DNA of 64,000 bases from Oopsacas minuta (GCA_024704765.1 JAKMXF010000122.1:248001-312000); one strand, 5' to 3'. Numbered from the stretch's first letter, positions 13,384-26,116 are shown. The notes: generated by a model from the letters alone, not told the origin. Numbers and translations: made by a program.

Positions 13384-14059
13384 GTTTAGTAGAAAGTATG
13401 TGTTTTCATTAAAATTCAAAATGCAAACAATCTCCTCAAAATCGAACGAGCTTTAGCATGAAATAACCCATAATTTTTTTCTGACTTGTTAGGTAGAGAC
13501 ACCTTTAGTTAATAAGGTCCTTGGCTATAAGGCGAAATTTGAAGATATATATTTGAAATCTACGGGTCTGTATTACTACGATATGCATATTTTGAAAGTT
13601 TACAGAATCGTATTGAATTAATGGCATTGTCAAATTTGTACCACATGTGGTAGAAATGGTACAACCAAAGAAATGTTTGCCCCACTTCAAATGTCGATAA
13701 ATTTGTTTCAAATCTATATCTCGTGGTGTGCAGGAACTTATGTTCAGTTAGTGGAAATAATCTCCTGAAAATTCTAAGGTCTTTTATAGAGTTTATAGCC
13801 TGGAGGGACAAAGTAGAGACAATTATAATAAAAATACTAACAGTTGTACGTCTAAAAAACTAAAGAAACGATATACGTTGAAAGTACGTAATAATGGTAA
13901 GTGAATGTTGAACGAGATTGAGATCCTTGTAAGATGAATCAAATTTCAAATGTCAAAGCACTAGGTAACACTTGTAATACTGAAATAAATAATTTCTGGT
14001 AGGAATAAAATGTGAATTTTGATAGGTTAGAACAAAGTGCAACTTTTGGCAACTAATGA

Positions 14060-14551
14060 CTATATAAGTTGATGTTTGAAAGTTGTTTTCGTGTACCTAT
14101 CTAACAAGTCTGCATAAATTTCATATCTAGCCGTCATTTGAAAACCCCAAGTATCTTTAATCTGTCGAATGAGATTTAAATCAATTTGAGTGATTAGCAG
14201 TCCATCCTCAATACGTGATAGTCCGGGTGTTCTTCCGCCATCAGGTGCAGCTATATAACTAGAGCCATAAAATTGGCCAAACTCATTATGGGCAGGTTTT
14301 CCATCACCTGAAGTAAATTCATTTGGGTATAATTCGATTCCGATCCGATTAATTGCAGCAGTAAAAACAGTATTACTAATAGCAGCGTTGCGGGCTTCAA
14401 TAGGCCACATTGGTTCGGATAATGACCCAACAGTTGCAGAGGGATTGAAGATAATTTCTGCTCCATTCAAAGCATAACCTAACCAATTGAGTGGGTGATG
14501 TCTGCCATAGCATATGTTAACAGCAATGTTTCCAAAAGGAGTAGCAAATAC
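14060..14551 (-). CDS. UPB1: Beta-ureidopropionase, last coding exon
   Basis: After the acceptor gtttttag, the exon reads [23 protein letters not shown]...[30 protein letters not shown]...[10 protein letters not shown]...FYGSSY...stop. It includes the catalytic Cys motif (ICYGRHH) of the nitrilase superfamily and closely matches the animal UPB1 C-terminus as I recall it. Joins the 28717 donor in phase 0. Confidence 0.97.
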   Translation of the reverse strand, partial: VFATPFGNIAVNICYGRHHPLNWLGYALNGAEIIFNPSATVGSLSEPMWPIEARNAAISNTVFTAAINRIGIELYPNEFTSGDGKPAHNEFGQFYGSSYIAAPDGGRTPGLSRIEDGLLITQIDLNLIRQIKDTWGFQMTARYEIYADLLDRYTKTTFKHQLI

Positions 14552-14929
14552 CTAAAAACAAAATATATTAATAAAATGACCAGAATTCGATAGCTGTGCA
14601 TATGACTCAAGGACGTTTATTAAATATTGTTTGTCTTCTAATTGATATCAATGATCAATCTCGTATAATGATAATTAGTCCCATTCTTTGTTAAATGATA
14701 ATTAGTCTTATTATTCATGGATATTCAATATTCAATCCAAGAAGTATAATTATACAGAATATCAAAATATTGCAACGAAAAAGTCGGCAGATTCCTGAAA
14801 TACGGTAAGTGTCTTCGAAACATCCACCAATATTCTAACTAAGCTAAATATATATTATAGTCAAATCAGTCGATCAAAAATCTAGAATGACCGACTACCC
14901 GCACCAAGATAAAATATTATTCAAAGACT

Positions 14930-15640
14930 AATTTCTCGATAGCAGCCTTAGTCTTCACAGCAAAATCCCATTAACCAACTTTCCTCTACTTACTCTCTTG
15001 ATTCTTTTGTGCAAATTCTCCTAAACTATGATGTAAACTCAATATTGATTGTGTATTCTCGATCAACCACTCAAACAAAATTTTTCATTGGCAATCCCAA
15101 AAAACGGTTGCAATTCTCTTGTCTGCTGATGGAACGACTCTAGCCACGATTGGGGTTGTAGGTCTTTTCATTTTGCATTGACTTGACCGAAAAGTCAAAT
15201 CAGACAATATAGATATAGAACCGGGATTCATCTTCTGTCACAAAACGCTTTATATACTCATGATTGCCCAACCATGCTTCTTTAATCAGATCGCCACTAA
15301 TTCGATATCGTGCAATTTATGTCATCTGTTTTGGAACCAATAGAGCCACAACTCGTGCCATTCTAAGATTTTCGGTGGCATTAGATGATACAAGTATTTT
15401 GGATGCTTACCATCTCGTTCAATTTTCTGACAATAACACACCGATCTTTATAAATAAAAATCTTCACATAGTCGATATTTCCTTGTCTAATAATGGTTGC
15501 CGCCATTAATTTAAGAACCGATGAATCATCATGTAAAGAAATGTCATTTCTGGAGCTCCATGCACATAAACTTCTCACATCTCACTCAGAATCTCCCAAC
15601 TAATTTGCCCTGTTTACTCAAAAACCAAATTACAGTTCGT
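14930..15640 (-). mobile_element. Degenerate mariner transposase remnant
   Basis: Minus-strand fragments IKRFVTEDESRFYIY (DETW-like) and RVVPSADKRIATVFWDCQ. Many stops, no TIRs found, boundaries approximate. Confidence 0.6.
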
Positions 15641-16239
15641 TTACCACCTTAAATGTAATTTCTGAATGTGGTATTATTATGACAGCAGTCGTCTAAGGAA
15701 GATGGTATATAGTAACAATACACAGTAATACTAGGTTATATGGGCATATACAACGATTATTGTGAAACTAGTTAGGCTCCCATTAAATGTTGCACATCCG
15801 CGAACTTACAGGATTGCCCTAGTATGAATATCATATTATACAGGGTGACACATAAATAGTTACAAATATAAAAGTGCTGAAAACAAAAACTATTGGAGCG
15901 ATCGTTCTAATGTTCTAAATTATGTTTAGATATACTATAGGGTTGAAAATTAAGAAAGAATTACTCAAATATATCGCCTTTTGCCTTAATGCAGCTCTGT
16001 TGCATAGATTAGTGAGGCACGTAGAATATTGAGGCACTGTATACATAGACCATGGATGAATATCTACTGTAGAATATTGAGGTACGGTAACAGAAGGAGA
16101 AACTATATACAGAATATGTAGTTATCATTATGCGGTTTATTTGTAGCATTGACGTAATAATGACTTGACACATTTGTGACCAAGATAGCTTTCTCGAATT
16201 CGCATATAAATTGTAAATAATTTTCAAGTAACAATAAAG

Positions 16240-19200
16240 ATGGAAGTATTTTATGAAGAAATTGTAAAGTTTTTAAAAGTTGGAACATATCCTGAACCTG
16301 ACGGAGTTTCCTCTGCAAAAGATGGAATTTTAGAAGAAAAGTTTCACGATATTTTCTCGGTGAAGATAACACACTTTACAAGGTAAAACCTCAAATATTA
16401 TTTATAATCTATAGTTGTGTTCGCCAAATGGCAAGTGGCGCCTTGCTGAAAATTTGCTTGCAAATAGGCGAACACTACTGTATATAAATATTTAAGTTAT
16501 TGATGCAATATTATATAAACAATTATTTAGAAAGTGGACATCAATGGTTCAACAATTGATTTGGAAGTCCCGTTAGAAACGGAAAGGGATGATATAATAA
16601 AAAAAACATCATGATCAAGTTGGTCACCCTGGAATCAATGCCACTGTTGATTCCATACAACAACAATATACATGGAAAGGCTTATATACACATATCATTG
16701 ATTATGTAAGTAACTTACTTGAGTACAGTTCATTCTCAATAATTCCGAAATTGAAGGAATATTATTATTATTACTATGAATATTTTGTTATTATTGAGAG
16801 TTTGAGAAACTTGTATGCTACCCTAAAATCCTTTTTCTTAAATTCAGAGTACATAATTTGATATTCATTGAATATTTAATATACTAGGTGGCTTCTTGTA
16901 AGATATGCCGAATGACAGCAACTATTCCTAAATCAACCAAGAAACTTCAACCCATTCAACCTCCTTCTAGAACATGGAAACACTTAGGCATGGACTTGAT
17001 TTGTGACCTCCCTGTGAGTTCCGAAGGATTTAAGCATATTCTTGTCACAGTTTGCTACTTAAGCAAGTTTGTAGTTGTAAGACCCCTTAAGAGGAAAACT
17101 TCTGAAGAAGTTATTCAAAATCTTCAAGATATCTATGCTACAATGGGATTACCGGATATTATTCAACATGACAAAGGCCCGGAGTTTACAAGCAGTGTAA
17201 GTGATATTAGAACTTAATATATCTGAAATTGCTTAATTAATTAATATATTTTCTTTAGATGTTTCAGGAATTCCATTGCAAACTACACATTGACAACCGT
17301 AGTACTAGAGCTTATCTTCCTATGGCTAACGGTTTGGTAGAGGCACACAATGAAATCTTGAAAACGTAGGTTATAATTCCGCAGATTAGATCGGCAAGTT
17401 ACTCAGTGTAATAAAGATATTGAATAACTATTACTTATTGATCTTAGGAAGTTAACAAAGATGGAACTCCAGACAGGCAATCACTGGTCCCAATTACTCA
17501 AGCTCGCATGTCTCACTATGAATTCTACAAAGAAGAAGTCACATGGACAAACTCCTTTTAATGTAATGTGGGGACGTGAGTCAAAACATGTGGATCTGTT
17601 GTCTACATATCCAAACCTGGCTATTGATCCTATAGAAGACTTTGAACATGAAGACGCTATATTTAGAGAAATTCTATCGCAGCAGTCAGAAAATGACTAT
17701 ATAGACCATCAAGATGAATTTTCCCCGCCATGTTCTGAGCCAGGAGAAGAATTATGCTGTATCTATGAGACTCGAGACACACGATTCAAATCAGCTGCAG
17801 AGGATATCCATTCTGAACAACTCAGACAAAAACTGCAATATGATAAAAAAGTCAATACCAAGGGGCGAGCTTTCCTATATTTCTTGATATTAGTGATATA
17901 TCCAACCCATTAAATTTAGGTCATCAATAAAGATAGGTGATAGGATTATTTACACAAACATGAGCAAATTAAAACGGTTGCCAAACATGAAAAATAAACC
18001 AAAATTTTTTGGACCTCATACAGTCTGTAAAGTTACTGAGAGCCACATTACTATTTGTGAAAATATTTCAGGAGCTAAGAGAACAAAAACATACCAATTG
18101 ACCTCGTTCGTTTGTATACAGAACGAAAACCAAAATCCCTCAGACAAGCTAACCAAATAGAAATTAATGACATTCCTTCCAAGGTATACGAGTTTATTGT
18201 ATAAATCCTGAAATTATCACAATTACTTATATACTTTAGGTGTTGCAACGAAAACTTTATGGATTTTCTAGAGAAAGAATACTTCATCACCTCAATAATT
18301 TCAAGGTTTGTACATTTGTATTCAGTAGATCCTCACTAAATAATTAAAGAGTCCCGAATAGGTTTAGTATGAAATATGAAAAAATCAAGAGTTTAATCTG
18401 GCCTTGCAGATGCGGCCAGGCATTTGTTCTACCACTTGTATTGCCTCCTCGGACTTGTGTTTGAATATATTTTACCCATTTCTAATCTAACTTTAGATAG
18501 TTTTGAAACAAAATATTGAGCGACACACCTACATGACACCACTGCATGAGGAACTTCATAAAAATCTCAACGTATTCCACACCTATACCTGCAATACTCT
18601 CCTGTTTGAATTCCTACTCGATTGCAAAGAATACGAAATAGTAAGTTTGATTTCTTGGTATTTGTATAATTACACACAGTTATAGTGTTTGCTCATATCT
18701 ATTGTTAATGAAATACGCAAAAATAAATGATGTAACAATGACATATACACATTGTAGTTCTTTCTCTTGAACATTCTGTATATGAATTCATTAGTATTCA
18801 GCAACAAGAGAAGTTTGATACATGTTTAGTGAAGAAATATACAAATGACTGTCTTTTCCAATACAGCGATCCCAATACTATTTGTATTTTTTGAATACTT
18901 TTAATCATGAAAATATGTATATTATTCCCAATAGAGCGGAATCAAAATGAATGATTTTTTTGAATTATAGAAGAGAGACATTACTGACACTTTACTCGAT
19001 TGGACGACAGAGTTATATCCTCATTTTACAAACACCCAAGCTGCCAAATACACACACAAAGTAGTGTTCTTTCTAGTAAGTTGATCCAAATTTGCATTTA
19101 GCATAGAGTATATACATCCATATTGTAATAATTATAATGATAATCTGTTTAGGCAATGGAGTACTTAAATTTGATGTTGTGGCAAACATTCCCAGAAAAC

Positions 19201-19836
19201 ATCTCTACCTATATCCCTTTATCTGATTCAAGTCCAATCATATCTGTGGTCAATGAAGAATGGCTTCGTGATAAATGCAAGTTTCTGGGACTGGTGTTTA
19301 TATCCAGCATCAAGCAACCACAAAACCTAGCCGGACTGTCACTCAGTAAATATACACCATGGGAAACTGAAAGAATAGTCGGTGATGGGAACAGTCTTTT
19401 CCGGTGTATTTCTAAAATATTAACTGGTGACCAGACAAGTCACTTAGAAATTCGCTCTACGATTGCACACTTTATCGCCAGTGAGGGAGAAACTAGAATT
19501 GGTTGGTATTTTAAACAGAAATTAACAAATCCTTGTAAATACTTCATGAATGAACATCTTGTGTCTCAAGAAGGAACTTGGGGTAGCGATGTGGAAATAA
19601 TAGCATTGTCTAATATTCTTGACGTCGATGTGTATGTTGCAAACAACTACTATAGAAATCGAGGCAACTTAACTCGGGAAGTTCGCTGGAGCTTGCTCAG
19701 AGGCTCTAAGAAACCAACAACCGCGCTTTACATTAGTAATTATTGTAATCATTATGAGCCGGTCACTTCTATGATTGAGAGTTCCACACCTACTTATGGC
19801 GAAACTTCAGAAGAATCAAAAAATATACAAGAATGA
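16240..19836 (+). pseudogene. Ginger-B transposase: H2C2 zinc finger, DDE integrase, GPY/F, unknown region, OTU (about 10 exons)
   Basis: Exons: 16240-16382; 16531-~16705 (HHDQVGHPG); 16888-17196 (CKIC, LGMDL, HDKGPEF); 17259-17365 (AYLPMANGLVE); ~17448-17860 (GQTPFNVMWGR); ~17921-18180 (FFGPHTV); ~18500-18640; 18935-19075; 19153-19836. Frameshifts in exons 1 and 2. Confidence 0.88.
19153..19836 (+). CDS. OTU (ovarian tumour) cysteine-protease-like domain, terminal exon of Ginger-B
   Basis: Uninterrupted ORF with IVGDGNSLFRCIS, GTWGSDVEIIALS and YCNHYEPV. These match the OTU GDGNCLF, WG..E and HY motifs, with Ser at the catalytic Cys position. Confidence 0.85.
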   Translation, partial: AMEYLNLMLWQTFPENISTYIPLSDSSPIISVVNEEWLRDKCKFLGLVFISSIKQPQNLAGLSLSKYTPWETERIVGDGNSLFRCISKILTGDQTSHLEIRSTIAHFIASEGETRIGWYFKQKLTNPCKYFMNEHLVSQEGTWGSDVEIIALSNILDVDVYVANNYYRNRGNLTREVRWSLLRGSKKPTTALYISNYCNHYEPVTSMIESSTPTYGETSEESKNIQE

Positions 19837-22285
19837 AGAAAATACAATTAGTCATTATTTTGTGCTAGTATCAGGTGTTTTTGTGTGTTAGTAGAGTAAT
19901 ACCATAAATTGCAAGATTATATTCTAACCATGTAATAACAGGTAAAATTTGTTCATTCCAGTATAACCTTCACTAATGTGAACGTCAGAAACCATCAAAA
20001 TTCCTTTATCTTATCCGAAGTTTGTATTAACCATTGTGAAATCAGTTGGAAAGAATTGAAAGACCAAATTTTGGAAAATTACTTGCTTGCTTAACCAGGA
20101 GATTCGTATTGACCGTGTTTGGAATAATAATTAATGAGGTTTCACTGTACACGTATGTGTTGTCAAAAACAAGTATATTTTCAAGTCATGATTGAAATAC
20201 GTAAATACTATTAATAAAAGAAAACCGCATGATGACAACTACATATTCTGCATATAGTTTCTCCCTCTGTTACCATGCCTCAATATTCTACAGTAGATAT
20301 TCATCCATGGTCTATGTATACAGTGCCTCAAATATTCTACGTGCCTCACTAATCTATGCAACAGCTCTTCATACGTACGATGAAGGAGTCTACACTGGCA
20401 CACACATGCTCATTCGGAATCTTTGACCACACTCTTAATAATGTACTCTTAAGAACCTCAACTGAACGATGAGATGTAGCGTTAACCCTCCCCTCCAATA
20501 TGGACCATATAGAGAAGTCGAGGGGGTTAAGGTCTGGCGAACAAGGTGGCCACTCTTCGGAAGAAATGACTCCGGAAAATTGGTCTTGCACCACTTTTAA
20601 GTGGCTTTAGCCTTGTGAGCTGGGGCAGAATCTTGCTGGAATACCCATAGGCCGTTTCCAAAATGTGATTGTGCCCAACGCTTCAAAACATTCTCAAGAA
20701 TTGATTTCCGATAAACCGATTGGTTGATTTTCACACCTTGGGGGATAAATACCAAAGGTGTCTGACCAGTTGCAGTAACCCCGGCTCATACCATCACTGA
20801 AGCTGGTTTCTGCGTTCTAGAGACCCGGAAAGTAGATTCAGGCAAAGTACTCTTATCGGTGGCTAAAATCCTATGATTTTGCTTGTTTAGGACCTGCTGA
20901 ACAGTAAATAATTTCCTATCAGAGAAAACGATCTGCTTGTGTCGACCATTGGAGAAACGTGAAACATGGCTTTGCATCTTTCCAACCTCATACTTTTATT
21001 TTAGGCTGTGAGGAGTTGTCTTTTATTCATTTTGTACGCTTTCATGCCCAAATCATTACAAACAAGCCTCCGCATCGATTCCCTGTTTGTATTTGTTTCA
21101 ATGGCCATTTTTCGGATACTTCGGGCGGGATTTCGTTTAATCCGTTGTAGCACCCTCTTGGTCAAAGAAATTGTTTGTGCAGTACGTAGACGGCCAGGTC
21201 GTGGTTGGTCTAACACGTCCTCTGTATCAGTAAACCGTGACAAAGTTCGCGAAATAAACATCCTATTGTAACTGAGCAAAGAGGCAATTCCACTCCTGCA
21301 TTTTCCGGCCTTGAATAACTCAATAACAGCTGAACGACGAGTCTCCATTACAAAATGTTGAAATTATAAAACTTCCAAGTGAGATATAGCTGGTGTGATT
21401 TATTGAGATAAAATAGATATGTAGTACAATATATTGGATAAGTTTCAACGCTATTGAATTATATTCAACTACAATATGGTAGTTATAAAAGTTGTAATAG
21501 TATTTATGTGTCACCCTGTAGTCTTCTGGTAAATTAGGAAATATAGACTACAATTAAGTTTATATCCTTGGTAAATACAAATAATTCAACCTATTAACCA
21601 TATAAGATAAATATCATGGCCGGGAATAGAACCGATCCAATTAGGGAGATCAAGAGCGAGCGCAAATAGCGATTTCTGAGAGTGGTCTGAGGGACTTATC
21701 ACACAAAAAATGTAACTCAATAGAATCAATGATGCACTAGAACTTTCTACGTACTAAGCGAAACAGTGTGTACTTACCAAAGAAAGTCCAATCCGAATAT
21801 TATTCAAATAGTTGAAGAATAGAAAAACGTTAGGAAGAGTGCGTTTTAAGGCGAGAACGTATTAAAAGAGTAATGCTGTATATATTTGCGGTTATACTAA
21901 TCATATGGACATACGAAGGGTCTACATCTATCCATGCACTCTTCAAGTTTAGACAATCACACGGCGAAAAGGGAAGGATTGATGGATTCATAGGTGTGGA
22001 ATATTAATGGAATTATGTCAACAATTGATTCCAAGGAAAATCTAGGAACTTTGTTCTTGATCTGACAATTGCAACACTGAATAATAACGTATTCGAAACA
22101 AAACAAAAATTAAGAATAAGATAAAATTGATATCCCAAGGACTCATTGTGTCGGCCTTTACGAGAGATGAAAGTTGTAGATGCCAAAACCATCATATTAA
22201 TGATAATGGTTTTGGGTGTCAAGTGCCTGATATTCTAAATACTTAAGAAAATAAATATAGATTGTAATTAAGCATCGTGATGTTG

Positions 22286-22953
22286 CTAGCGCGCTCCGCA
22301 TTACTAGGTGGCTGCACGACTGTTTAGTGCTCGAGGTTAGCTTAAGTATTAAAAGGATAAATATCCTAGTGTTTTTGGTCGCTACTAGACAAAATATACT
22401 TGTCCCTACGTGCATCGTGTTCACATAATAGTTTTGATATTGTGTTATCCATTGCCCATCAAATTGTACTGAATTACCTTTGTGGTGATACTGAGATGCC
22501 ATGTCTCTGACTGAGGGTTAGCAATCGAAATACTTCGTGTCTTGAATATCAAGAAATTCTCAAAAATATCGAAATTCAGGAAAGTATGAATTTTTATACA
22601 GTCATGATGACGTAATAATCTTTTGATAAATTACCGTATGGTCAGAATCATGATGTAGGACATTTGAACAATTTAAAGGGTGCCTGTGATTCTAATTTCA
22701 AAATTCCATTATGTACATTGGCTGAGTAGTAGTTAGTAATGTGAGTTTTCGAGCATCCATAAAGGTGACAATGATTATTTTTCATAGTGTGAATTTTGTC
22801 CAAGACTCGAACTTGTATGAGCCAGGGCCAAAATACCCCTATCGCCACAAATTAGCCCTGGGGGTCTTCCAATTTCTTCAATTAATTCTGGAGATTCAAA
22901 CAAGCATATACATATACACAACACGCAAATAAATTGCTCTTTAATAGTATAGA
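22286..22953 (-). mobile_element. Non-autonomous Helitron-like element (668 bp)
   Basis: On the minus strand it begins A|TCTATACTATTAAAG and ends ...GCGGAGCGCGCTAG. No TIR or TSD. Homologous to copies at 45338, 49346, 56055 and 5040. Confidence 0.65.
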
Positions 22954-23667
22954 TGATAGAGGCACGAATGCTATCAAGTATTCAAATATCTCATGGCTGT
23001 CTAGTTGCTATCAAATTTATATGTAGTTGAGGAATAAATAGTACAGTATGTAAATGAATGTCAAATTCTATTGCTAATCAAGGTAAATCACTTGATGGCA
23101 ATTAATATTATAAGTATAATTTGTGCAAAGAACAAAAGTTTGAACAGTTGAGGTCCTTGCAATCCAATCAATTTAATTTGAAGAATTTCTTGCTCTTTAA
23201 GATAATGTTATAGAGGATGACAAGAATTCCAACTGGTATCCTCGCACCATGAATTTTTGCTATTTTAGATCTCTCAGAAAATTAAGAGAAAGCGAGAGAA
23301 CCTTCAACTAGGTAAGGTCTACTGACTAATGATAAAAGACGTGCTCAAATTTCTAAAGGAACAATAGGTCAAGCATCCAAATATCTGAAATTTGCCCCTA
23401 AAATAGCAGATTCAGGGGATGAATAGCCACACACAAAGTTCTAAAGAGAAAAAGATGGATTGAATAGCCAGGCATAAATCGATGTCTGATTCAGAGATGC
23501 ATTGCTATTGCTATCGTTTGACATTTCTGCAATAGGGATAGCAAAATTGAACTCTATACAAATGGTTGGAGTTAATGGACATTGAAGATGAGGATGTGAT
23601 AAGATGTAATTATGATAATTTAATTTTATGACTATTAAGAGACTGGATTCTAACCTATTGCAAAATA

Positions 23668-24398
23668 CAGTGAAACCTCTGGAATCGGGGCATGCGGGAT
23701 ACTGGGAAAATTTCTAACTCCCCGATTGTGAAAACTCCAAGATTCTGGATTTCAGTGTGATATTGTGTCAAAATCACCATTTTCCGTATATATGTAGTTC
23801 ATATTATGTCATACTATTGTTTCGCATTGGTAGCCACACAGTAACGTTAAAATGTTTCATTCTGCTGCATATTGCTGATCCTAAACACCTCTCTAAAGTG
23901 AAAACTCTGCTGGTTCCAAAGGTGTTCACTTTTTAGATATCATACTGTTACTCGCATAATAGAATATTAATTTCTACGCTACATTTTGCCCATGAAGAAG
24001 GCTAGGAACAATCTCTCTGTTCTAGATAAGGTAGCAGTCGCGAAGGAATTGCAGGCTGGTGCTCGCAACGTTATTGTAGATTCTGTGTTGCATATATTTA
24101 CCCTCAGAGGCGGATTAAATTGACTTTTTGTTCACTTACGTAGCATTCATATTGTGTTTATTCGATAGTTATTGCGAAAATTATAATTTATTGAGTTGAT
24201 TTCAGTATTGATGCCCGATTGCGTAGGGGATATTAGTATTAGTTTTATGCAAGCTGAAAGAATTAAATTTTCATGGTTTGCCCCGATTCCCGAATTGTCG
24301 CTATTCCCCGATTCCAGAGGTTCATTTGTATGGGAAAATATTTTCGCGAATTCAAGTGCCCCGATTTCAGATGTTCCCCGATTCCAGAGGTTTCACTG
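23668..24398 (+). mobile_element. pogo/Tigger-like internally deleted element
   Basis: TA-flanked perfect 23-bp TIR cagtgaaacctctggaatcgggg. Internal MKKARNNLSVLDKVAVAKELQAG resembles a CENP-B/psq HTH start. Confidence 0.8.
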
Positions 24399-24535
24399 TA
24401 ATATGAAAAAGATTTTCCTGAACTTGAATAAAAGCTTTTAGAGGTTAGCATGTTCATAGGTTTCTATACTACCTAGTCAGTGAATCATATACATATGTCG
24501 GATACCAAGTTAAGTCAAGAGTTATTAGTGATATA

Positions 24536-25010
24536 CAATAGAATTCGTCTATTTGCAATTGCCATATTAGCAAGATTCGCATACTAGCAAGTTTTTTCAA
24601 TGCACAGAGCAAAGGTGTAGAGATTCAAGTAAACAAGTTCCCTTATTAGCAAGTTATTACGGTCATAATGGGCCAAATTGCATAAATTATGTTCCCTATT
24701 TAGCAAATTCACTTATAAGCAAGTATTCCCATAAAAACACGACTTGCTAATAACATAAGAACGGGACTTTTAATTGATTCAGAAGCAAGAAGAACTTGCT
24801 AATAGACGAACCTTAACTTCGATTATTAGCTTCGAACTCTTTAGTATACACACACAGACACGTGTACTACCATATCCTTATACGTAATATATTATCACAT
24901 ACATGTATGTACATATATATACAACAATAGAATTTATCAAATTGGTTGAGTCGCTCTATTAGCAAATTTTTCTTGTACAAACTCGACTTGCTAATAAGCA
25001 AACTCCACTG
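24536..25010. mobile_element. Old pogo-like MITE with ~10 internal attagcaa(g) motifs
   Basis: Right end ...ttgctaataagcaaactccactg-TA; degenerate left end TA-caatagaattcgtctatttgcaa. The motif occurs in both orientations. Confidence 0.5.
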
Positions 25011-25217
25011 TATATAATTATTCACACGTATATATCTGAAAATCATTCATATAAATGAAATGAATACATTGTTATTAAATAGAGAGTCATTAATCCTTAT
25101 TTTATTAGCCAAATTGGTGTACTTGAAAGGTTTTCGATTCATATAGTTGTGGAATACACACCTTTCCATATCTAGCAAAGGATGTAGTATAATTTGGCAA
25201 AGAGACTAGATATACAA

Positions 25218-26116
25218 TCAAGGGATAAAAGTATTCGACTACACAAATATATTGTCATAAATTGTATACTCTTTCCCCTCCTATATATTGTGTAATCTAT
25301 ATTCGTAGCTGCAATCTAGTCATTTACATAGAATAACATATGTTTTTCAAGAATTTCAAAATAATATTCTCGATTTACACTTTTTGAAGGTGTTAATTAT
25401 TAATAAGTACTAGATGTATATTGATAAACAAAATATGTGTTAATTCAAAACCTATTAAGAAATCTACAATTTCTGACTTGATATTTGAATTCTACGTAGG
25501 CGAGTTACCCCAGATTAAAATTTTTAATGGGATTGAAAATTTTTTACCAAAGTTATAGAAGAAGTTCAATTTGTGCCATTTGTGCCACCTTTTGTCCAAG
25601 GTGGCACAAGTGGCCGCTACCAAGAGTTTATTTGGAATTCAAGGGTTAGCATAGTCATATCACTCGAAAATATTACTTTAACTTATTTCTCATAACCCTA
25701 GTTGATTTCCTTGTAGTGGCGCTTTTTCCTGCCACCTGTGCCACTTTTTGAAAAAAGTGGCAAAATTGAAATTTTTCTATAACTTTGGTAAAAACTGTTC
25801 AACCCCATTGGAAATTTTAATCTGGGGTAACTCGCCCATGTAGAATTCAAATATCAAGTCAGAAATTATAGATTCGTAATAGCTTTTGAATTACCACGTA
25901 TTTTGATCATCAATATACATCTAATAATTATTAACAATGAACAACCTCAAAAAGTGTAAATCGAAAATATTTTTTGGAAATTCTTGAAAAACATATGTTA
26001 TTCTATGCAAATGACTAGATTGCAGCAATGAATATGAACTACACAATACATAGGAAGGGAAAGAGTATACAATTTATGACAATATATTTGTGTAGTCGAA
26101 TACTTTTGTCCCTTGA
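25218..26116. mobile_element. Foldback element/MITE with ~390-bp inverted arms
   Basis: 25218-~25615 is the imperfect reverse complement of ~25731-26116 (ends tcaagggataaaagtattcgactacac / gtgtagtcgaatacttttgtcccttga). ~115-bp loop, no ORF. Confidence 0.85.

Larger units (their letters stand above)
15998..20363 (+). mobile_element. Ginger DNA transposon, copy B, with OTU domain
   Basis: ~141-bp TIRs (15998-16138 and 20222-20363; 6 transitions and 1 indel). TGT...ACA ends. 4-bp TSD GCTC at 15994-15997 and 20364-20367. Confidence 0.95.
15841..21518 (-). mobile_element. maT-like (DDxD) Tc1/mariner element interrupted by Ginger-B
   Basis: TA-flanked TIRs cagggtgacacataaata at 15841 and (inverted) ending at 21518. 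Transposase from ATG 21348 (METRRSAVIELFKAG...; WPPCSPDLNPLDF). Removing Ginger-B plus one TSD restores SFIVRMKSCIKAKGDIFE* and a 1308-bp element. Confidence 0.92.

Noticed and set aside
2672-17913. Integrase ORFs as remnants of Gypsy LTR retrotransposons
   Set aside because: There is no gag, protease, RT, RNase H or LTR. The genes have spliceosomal introns and are bounded by TIRs with 4-bp TSDs.
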